From Acutalibacteraceae bacterium (lineage in GTDB: Bacteria > Bacillota > Clostridia > Oscillospirales > Acutalibacteraceae): DNA of 24,000 bases. Shown piece after piece: positions 15,477-21,616 of the stretch (its first letter is position 1; each line of letters starts with the position of its first letter). The position numbers were made by a program, and so were the translations under genes. The DNA lies in the NCBI GenBank assembly GCA_051881615.1, contig JBJEQF010000016.1, forward strand, positions 89,547-113,546, given 5' to 3'. The notes beneath the pieces are model-generated. The model saw only the letters and a program-made list of their open reading frames with translations. It was not told the DNA's origin and searched no databases.

Positions 15477-15663
15477 GCTATTATCTGCGTTTTTGACTTC
15501 AAATATGTTTATTTTTGCAGACAGCTATGGAATTTTCTGATTAAAAAACGTAAAAGCCACGCTTGTTTATGATAAAAAAGCTGCAATTTTGTTGTTACAA
15601 TTACTTAAAATAAATTTTCGTATAAGGTATTTATATTGCAAACGCTGAAATTTGCCGATTTGT

Positions 15664-15692
15664 TTGACATAAAAGCATAACGGTTATATAAT
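15664..15692 (+). promoter_or_regulatory. Consensus sigma-A promoter for the 15771 gene
   Basis: TTGACA (15664-15669), 17-nt spacer, TATAAT (15687-15692). Confidence 0.6.
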
Positions 15693-15770
15693 TACTGTCG
15701 GAAAACGGTCAAAAACGGCTTTGCTATGCCGTTTTTCGACTGTTAGTAATATGAAAGAAGGAATTTCAAA

Positions 15771-16070
15771 ATGGCAGCAACAAAGAAAACTACTGCAGAG
15801 GCAGAAACAAAAACAACAAAAAAGACTACTAAAAAAGAAACAGAGGCTAAAGCTCCTGCAAAGAGATGCACAAGAAAAGCAGCTGAAAAGGTTACTGTTT
15901 ACGTTGAGTTCGGCGGCGTTAAGGTATCAGTTGACGATATCGTAAACAACGTAAAGCTCACAAACGGCAAAGCAGCTAAGGAATACACAATCTACGTTAA
16001 GCCGGAAGACAGCAAGGCTTACTTCGTAGCAGACGGCGAAGAAAAGGAAATGGACGTTTTCTTCTGCTGA
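15771..16070 (+). CDS. Small protein with Lys/Thr/Ala-rich basic N-terminal tail and acidic globular C-terminus (uncharacterised, possibly a DUF family common in Clostridia)
   Basis: GAAGGAA Shine-Dalgarno. MAATKKTTAEAETKTTKKTTKKETEAKAPAKR... then VTVYVEFGGVKVSVDDIVNNVKL...YTIYVKPEDSKAYFVADGEEKEMDVF. A strong terminator follows. Confidence 0.6.
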   Translation: MAATKKTTAEAETKTTKKTTKKETEAKAPAKRCTRKAAEKVTVYVEFGGVKVSVDDIVNNVKLTNGKAAKEYTIYVKPEDSKAYFVADGEEKEMDVFFC

Positions 16071-16095
16071 TTTTAAGCAGCTACAGTTTAATTTC

Positions 16096-16124
16096 AAAAA
16101 GCAGGGCAGATGCCCTGCTTTTTT
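16096..16124. terminator. Bidirectional rho-independent terminator
   Basis: AAAAA-GCAGGGC-AGAT-GCCCTGC-TTTTTT (stem 16101-16118). Confidence 0.78.
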
Positions 16125-16251
16125 GCATATACGGTTAAATATCATAATGCTTTTGGTGATAACAGAAAGCTGTGTGCTTCATAAATAAAGTAAATCTCTA
16201 TATGGAGCTGCGCGCGTCAGCGTAAGCTGACAAAGAAAAGAAATGTATTCT

Positions 16252-16335
16252 TCTTTTTCTTTGTCTTTATCTTTATCTTTTTCTTTGTCTTTGTCTTTTT
16301 CTTTGTCTTTTTCTTTGTCTTTTTCTTTTTCTTGG
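16252..16335. repeat. Hexanucleotide tandem repeat (TCTTTN)x14
   Basis: Fourteen in-phase hexamers: TCTTTT TCTTTG TCTTTA TCTTTA TCTTTT TCTTTG TCTTTG TCTTTT TCTTTG TCTTTT TCTTTG TCTTTT TCTTTT TCTTGG. Only the 6th base varies. Confidence 0.9.
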
Positions 16336-16448
16336 CTGCCGTCGCAGGCGACCGATAGCGAACGCTTGCAAGCGTTTGCAAACGTTCTTTGCCGTATTAT
16401 CATTCAAGCGGATTTTTCAGTAAATAGAAAGTATTTCACTATAAGCTG

Positions 16449-16502
16449 TCTAACAGTCAGACACTGTTAGAGGGTGTTAGAAGCCGTTAGACAGCTGTTG
16501 GA
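16449..16502. repeat. GTTAGA array 1: one inverted copy plus four direct copies at 10-11 bp phasing
   Basis: TCTAAC (16449-16454), then GTTAGA at 16466, 16476 and 16486, and GTTGGA at 16497. Confidence 0.75.
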
Positions 16503-16619
16503 TTATTCGATAGCCGCAAGAGCATCGTTTAGCTGTAAAACCGCTGAAAAGTCAGATAAAATGCCGATTTTTTTATTTTTGCTAAGTTGAATAAACACAA
16601 AATACTTGACAATAATTTA

Positions 16620-16670
16620 TCTAACGGTTGGGCGTTGTTAGAAGCTGTTAGATGCTGTTAGACAGTTAGA
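16620..16670. repeat. GTTAGA array 2, a paralogue of array 1 lying 171 bp downstream
   Basis: TCTAAC (16620-16625), GTTGGG at 16627, then GTTAGA at 16637, 16647, 16657 and 16665. Confidence 0.75.
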
Positions 16671-16689
16671 TAAACGTCAGTCGACTCTT

Positions 16690-16720
16690 AAAAAACCGAG
16701 GCAAATCGCCTCGGTTTTTT
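16690..16720. terminator. Bidirectional rho-independent terminator (ends the RND gene)
   Basis: AAAAAA-CCGAGGC-AAATC-GCCTCGG-TTTTTT. Confidence 0.8.
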
Positions 16721-16721
16721 G

Positions 16722-19700
16722 TTACTCATCTATATCAGCTACGTCGCTGTCAGATATTTTCTTCATTTCTTTTCTGTTGAACAAATCGTACAGAACAGGA
16801 ACTATGAACAGCGTCATAACAGTTGCGTACAAAAGACCGCCTATGCACACTATTGCAAGCGGCTGCATAAGCTGTGAGCCGCTGCCTATGCCTAAGGCCA
16901 TTGTTGAAAGTCCCAGTATCGTTGTAAGCGAGGTCATAAGTATAGGACGGATACGTGTTTTGCCTGCTTCTATGATAGCCGCCCTTTTAGTCGAGCCGTC
17001 AAGACGAAGCTGATTTATATAGTCAACAAGCACGATACCGTTGTTTACTATAACGCCGCACAGCATAATAAAGCCGACCAGCGACACGATGCTTATGTTA
17101 AAGCCTGTTATGAACAAGCCTAAAAATCCGCCGGTGAACGCAAGCGGAATCGTAAACATTACGATAAACGGAGATTTAAGGCTCTGGAACTGCGCCACCA
17201 TAATAAGGTAGATAAACACAACTGCAAGTCCGAGCATTTTTACCATTTCAAAAACAGCCTGCATTGTGTTTTCGTTCTCGCCGCTGAATTCAAGCGTTAC
17301 GCCTGACGGCTTGTCGTAGCCTTCAACTGCCTTTTGCACCTCGTTTGCTACGTTTGTTGTTATGTAGCCGTCTGCAACCTCGGCAGAAACCGACAAATAC
17401 CTGTTCTGATTATATCTGTCTATGGAGCTTAGCGTTGCACCCTCGTTTATCTGTGCGATTTCCGATAATGCTACCTTTTTCTCCTGTGACGTTTCTCCGT
17501 CCTTTTCTGTGTAGGTAAGCTGTATGTTCTTGATTCTGTCAACGTTGTAGTCCTCGTTCTTGCCGCTTACTACAACTACGTCAAGCTCTGAGCTGTCGCT
17601 GTTTGTAAGCGAGGTGGCTGTTTTTTCGCTTGCTATTTCGGCACTTATCTGCTGATAAACCTGCGCTACCGTCAGTCCCTTTTTCATCGCCTTTTGCTTG
17701 TCAACGGATATTGAAATTTCGGAAGTTGTGTCCTCAATTCCGCTTTCTACATTCTGCACACCGTCAACCTTAGAGATTATATCGGCTATATCCTGTGCCG
17801 ATTTCTGCAGCTGCTTCAAATCGTCACAATAAACCTTCAGCGCTATACCGCTGCCCGTAAGTATTGACATAGAGTCCATAGCTCCGCCGCCTGATACGGT
17901 GATTTCTGCGTCTATATCCTTGAGTGCGTCTTCAACTCTGCTGACAAGCTCATTATTGTTTACCGTCTTGCTCTTGTCAAGCACTGCGTAAAACGACACC
18001 TCGCTTGTATCTGAGGAAACTCCGCCTAAGCCTATAAGCGCAGTCTGCGAGCCTATCATACCGCCCACTGTTTCAAACTCTTTAAATTTATACAGTCTTT
18101 CAAGTATCTTGTCGGCAGTCTGTGTTGTTTCTTCAAAGGTGTTTTCCTTTGGCATTTCAGCCGTTATGGTAAGTTCAGTACCGGCTACATCGGGCATAAA
18201 GCTAAAACCCCTTGACGTTGCGCCTAACGCACTGCCTGCAAGCAATATAACTGCCGTAATCAAGGCGATTGCCCTGTGACCTAATACAAAGCGCAGTGCT
18301 TTTTCATAGACGGCAACTAATTTGTCAAAAATTTTGTGCTGCTTCTCCTTATGATTTACAAACATTTTACTGCTCATAGCCGGCACAAGCGACAGCGCAA
18401 TTACAAGGCTTGCAAGCAGTGAGAATGTTATCGTGAGCGCCATATCGGTGAAAATCTGCCTTGTAAGTCCCTTTACAAAAACTATAGGCAAAAATACGCA
18501 GACGGTTGTCAGTGTTGATGATGCGATAGCGCCTGCCACCTGCTTTGCACCGCTTGCCGCCGCCTGAAGCGCCGGCACACCCTTACTGCGTAATCTGAAT
18601 ATGTTTTCGATAACTACTACCGAGTTATCTACAAGCATACCTACGCCAACCGCAAGTCCAGACAGCGAGATAACGTTTAATGTAATACCGCTGAAATACA
18701 TAAGAATAATTGCGGCGATAAGGCTAATAGGAATAGAAAATGCAATTATAATTGTCGGCTTTATATCTCTTAAAAAGATAAACAAAATTATAACAGCCAG
18801 AGCGGCACCGAGCAAAAGGTTTTGCAGTACGTTGTTAATAACGAGATATATGTAGTCGCCCTGATCCATAAGTGATGTAAAATGCAGACCCTCGTTTTCT
18901 TCCGACAGCTCTTTAAGCTCTGATTGCAAATTGTTTGACGCTTCTGCCGTTGCATAGTTTGACTGCTTTGTAAACGACAGCATAACGCCGTTGTTGCCGT
19001 TGATTTTTGCAAAGACCTCATCGGAATTGTCTGTTTCAAACACATCTGCGACGTCGCTTAGAAAAATCGGAGAAAGACCGTCAATGTTCATATCAAAAAG
19101 CATCATATTTGAAAGCTCGACTACATCTGCTACCTTATCGCCTACTCTGACAAGGTAATCAACGTTATCGTCTGTTATGTAGCCTGCCGGCATAGAAAAG
19201 TTCTGTGCCTTTAAAATGTTTGACACCATATCCATTGTGATGACTTTCTCGGCATTTGCGTTGTCGAGCGCCTCTTGCTTTTTCTCTGCAAGCTCATCGA
19301 CTGATTTTTCAAGCTCTGCTTTTGTCTTTTCAAGCTGTGAAATTGTTGCAGTGATCTCGCTTTCCTTTGAAACAAGCTCAGCGTATGTGCTGTTCATCTG
19401 AAAATCGGCTGTGGATTTCTGAATTTCAAGCTGTTTTTTTGCCTCGTCAATTTTGAGCTTTCCCTCTTCAAGCTGTGTAAGCGCTGTGGCTATTGTTTCT
19501 ATACCGCTGTCAAGCTGTCCTATTACGTCCTCAAGACCCTTGATGGCTTCCGGCAGCTCCTCGATTTTTGCTCCGAGTGCGGCTATATCCTCTTTTGCTT
19601 TTTCATAGCCTTCCTTGGTTTTTTTCAGTGCTTCGTTTATTTTGTCAATTCTTTCGCTTATCTCGTTATACGTTGTGCTAAGCTCTGAAAGCTGCTTGTC

Positions 19701-20765
19701 AAGCTCGCTAAGCTTTTCCTTTGCCGCCTGATAAAGCTCACTGCCCTCGACAGCGTCTTTTAGCTGTGCCGCAGCATTATCGTATGCGGTCTTTATCTGC
19801 TCTAACTTTTCCTTTGTTGCTATTAAGATGCTTTCAGACTCTTTAAACTCAGTTATTCTCTTCTGCAAAAGCAGAAGTGCGTCGTATGCTTTTTTCATAA
19901 GCTCTCTTTGCGTTGTAAGCTCTGACTGCTTATTTACAAGCTGCAGCTTCATTTCAAGGAGCTTTGTCTGCTCGCTGTCAAGAGTCGCCTTGCCCTGTGC
20001 AAGCTGATTTGCGATTTCCTCTCTTTTATCATTTAACTGCTGTTTGCCGTTTTCTATCTGAGCTTTGCCGTCTGTCGCCTTGTCTATGCCCTCCTGAAGC
20101 TGATTTTTGCCGTCTGTTATTTTATCCTCGGCTTCCTTGAACTTCTTGTTGAGTGCGTCCTCTATTTTTTTGTTGACCTTATCAAGCTTATCCTGAGAAA
20201 TTACCACGTTAATTCTCTGCTCAAGCAAGCCCATTGAGTTTACAGACGCAATACCCGACACGCCCTCAAGCCTGTTTATTACGTTTTCCTTTACGAAATC
20301 AGATACTTCCTGCGTATTTTTGCCGTCTATATCGACTGCATAGGAGGCAACAGGCAAGACGTTGGGGTTAATCTTCATAATAACGGTCGAGCCTACGCCG
20401 TCGGGCATATAGGCTGACACCATATCAATTTTTTCACGTATATCAATACTTGCTGTATCCATATTTGTACCGTCGGCAAATTCAAGTATCAGCATAGAGT
20501 AGTTTGCCGCAGATTTTGAACGGATATCGTTTATATTTTCAATAGTCGCCATCGACTGCTCAAGCGGCTTTGAAACAGCCGTTTCTACTGCCTCGGGAGT
20601 AGCACCCGGGTATGTAGTCATCAGAAGTACATACGGCAGGTCAAGGCTCGGGAATAAATCGGGAGTCATATCAGAAAACGAAACCGCACCGAAAACAAGC
20701 ACAAGAATTATCGCCACAAATACTGTAAGCGGTTTTTTAACACTGAATTTAGTCAAGGCTGTCAC
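16722..20765 (-). CDS. RND-superfamily efflux permease (AcrB/HAE-type) with a ~310-aa coiled-coil insertion in the first extracytoplasmic loop
   Basis: 1347 aa with 12-TM RND architecture. Recognisable blocks include FSVKKPLTVFVAIILVLVFG at the N-terminus and GLAVGVGMLVDNSVVVIENI, GVIVNNGIVLVDY in the TM4/TM10-type regions. The start is uncertain: GTG at 20765 sits too close to the AAGGAGA Shine-Dalgarno, so TTG at 20756 is plausible. The 5' end overlaps the TetR gene stop. Confidence 0.85.
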   Translation of the reverse strand: MTALTKFSVKKPLTVFVAIILVLVFGAVSFSDMTPDLFPSLDLPYVLLMTTYPGATPEAVETAVSKPLEQSMATIENINDIRSKSAANYSMLILEFADGTNMDTASIDIREKIDMVSAYMPDGVGSTVIMKINPNVLPVASYAVDIDGKNTQEVSDFVKENVINRLEGVSGIASVNSMGLLEQRINVVISQDKLDKVNKKIEDALNKKFKEAEDKITDGKNQLQEGIDKATDGKAQIENGKQQLNDKREEIANQLAQGKATLDSEQTKLLEMKLQLVNKQSELTTQRELMKKAYDALLLLQKRITEFKESESILIATKEKLEQIKTAYDNAAAQLKDAVEGSELYQAAKEKLSELDKQLSELSTTYNEISERIDKINEALKKTKEGYEKAKEDIAALGAKIEELPEAIKGLEDVIGQLDSGIETIATALTQLEEGKLKIDEAKKQLEIQKSTADFQMNSTYAELVSKESEITATISQLEKTKAELEKSVDELAEKKQEALDNANAEKVITMDMVSNILKAQNFSMPAGYITDDNVDYLVRVGDKVADVVELSNMMLFDMNIDGLSPIFLSDVADVFETDNSDEVFAKINGNNGVMLSFTKQSNYATAEASNNLQSELKELSEENEGLHFTSLMDQGDYIYLVINNVLQNLLLGAALAVIILFIFLRDIKPTIIIAFSIPISLIAAIILMYFSGITLNVISLSGLAVGVGMLVDNSVVVIENIFRLRSKGVPALQAAASGAKQVAGAIASSTLTTVCVFLPIVFVKGLTRQIFTDMALTITFSLLASLVIALSLVPAMSSKMFVNHKEKQHKIFDKLVAVYEKALRFVLGHRAIALITAVILLAGSALGATSRGFSFMPDVAGTELTITAEMPKENTFEETTQTADKILERLYKFKEFETVGGMIGSQTALIGLGGVSSDTSEVSFYAVLDKSKTVNNNELVSRVEDALKDIDAEITVSGGGAMDSMSILTGSGIALKVYCDDLKQLQKSAQDIADIISKVDGVQNVESGIEDTTSEISISVDKQKAMKKGLTVAQVYQQISAEIASEKTATSLTNSDSSELDVVVVSGKNEDYNVDRIKNIQLTYTEKDGETSQEKKVALSEIAQINEGATLSSIDRYNQNRYLSVSAEVADGYITTNVANEVQKAVEGYDKPSGVTLEFSGENENTMQAVFEMVKMLGLAVVFIYLIMVAQFQSLKSPFIVMFTIPLAFTGGFLGLFITGFNISIVSLVGFIMLCGVIVNNGIVLVDYINQLRLDGSTKRAAIIEAGKTRIRPILMTSLTTILGLSTMALGIGSGSQLMQPLAIVCIGGLLYATVMTLFIVPVLYDLFNRKEMKKISDSDVADIDE

Positions 20766-21393
20766 TCTCCTTAGTCAATTCCGAAACCGACATCGCTCCG
20801 TATCTGAGGAGCTTTTCTGTTCGTACCAGATTATCCTTTACGGCGGCTTTGTCCTTACCGCAGGCAAATACATCAAATATCGCCTTGAACAGCACCGTCA
20901 TAAGCGTATCAAATAACGAATGAAGGTCATCTTCGTCTTTTATGCTCAGCATTTCGAGGTTGATATGTGGAAAAACAGCCGACTTGCAGGGAACTATGTG
21001 CCTGTTTTTCAGATAGTCGCTTATCAGGTCGCTGTTCATCTTAAAATTGCTTATTATACACTCAATAATTCTGCTGTTGCTCTCTGTTTCGCAAAAATGA
21101 ATTATTGCGTCAAACAAATCGAAGGGAACCTTGAAAATATCTCCGTTTGATTTTTCGAGCGATTTTTTGGTAGCGTTCTTCATAAAGGACGAGAAATCCT
21201 CTGTTATAATCTGAATTAAGTCCACCTTATCGTCAAAATACTGATAAAAGCTTCCGCGTGAGATATTCGCCTCCTGAACAATGCGGTTGATAGAAATTCT
21301 CTCGGCAGGCGAGCGTGAAAATTCAAGCCTGATTGCCCTGATTATTCGTTCTCTTTTTTCCTTTGGCAGATTGTAAAACGTCTGCTTAATCAT
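20749..21393 (-). CDS. TetR/AcrR-family transcriptional repressor
   Basis: The N-terminal HTH RIIRAIRLEFSRSPAERISINRIVQEANISRGSFYQYFDDKVDL is typical of TetR_N. The gene is the first in an operon with the RND pump. Confidence 0.85.
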   Translation of the reverse strand: MIKQTFYNLPKEKRERIIRAIRLEFSRSPAERISINRIVQEANISRGSFYQYFDDKVDLIQIITEDFSSFMKNATKKSLEKSNGDIFKVPFDLFDAIIHFCETESNSRIIECIISNFKMNSDLISDYLKNRHIVPCKSAVFPHINLEMLSIKDEDDLHSLFDTLMTVLFKAIFDVFACGKDKAAVKDNLVRTEKLLRYGAMSVSELTKESDSLD

Positions 21394-21427
21394 AATACCA
21401 TTCCTTTCAAAACAAAGCGTTCACCTA

Positions 21428-21459
21428 TATGACAAGTTGTCATATGACAGGTTGTCATA
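21428..21459. promoter_or_regulatory. Two overlapping palindromic operators, probably TetR binding sites
   Basis: TATGACAA-G-TTGTCATA (21428-21444, a perfect 8-1-8 palindrome) and TATGACAG-G-TTGTCATA (21443-21459). They lie immediately downstream of the -10 of the operon promoter. Confidence 0.6.
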
Positions 21460-21488
21460 ATTATATATACATATTTTTTATTTGTCAA
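21460..21488 (-). promoter_or_regulatory. Consensus sigma-A promoter of the tetR-RND operon
   Basis: On the minus strand: TTGACA (21488-21483), 17-nt spacer, TATAAT (21465-21460). Confidence 0.65.
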
Positions 21489-21552
21489 TAAAATTTAAGC
21501 CTTTGTTTGTCAAAATATCGTAATTGTTCGGCGGTTTCAAACAAAATAAGGT

Positions 21553-21590
21553 AAAAACCCGAACAGCCGTCCCATAAGCGGAACGGCTGT
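21553..21590 (-). terminator. Rho-independent terminator of the EF-G paralogue (hairpin usable in both directions)
   Basis: ACAGCCGT (21563-21570) pairs with ACGGCTGT (21583-21590). On the minus strand the stem is followed by TCGGGTTTTTACC. Confidence 0.6.
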
Positions 21591-21616
21591 CTTTGACTTT
21601 TTTATCTGTTTAATAA

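Noticed and set aside
16243-16470. 75-aa plus-strand ORF (MYSSFSLSLSLSFSLS...)
   Set aside because: It is a translation artefact of the TCTTTN hexamer tract, with no Shine-Dalgarno. It then runs into the GTTAGA array.
18601-19401. ORFs 18601..18855 (+), 18788..19045 (-, other frame) and 19216..19401 (+) inside the RND gene
   Set aside because: They overlap the well-supported 1347-aa RND reading frame. The translations are low-complexity with no independent signals.
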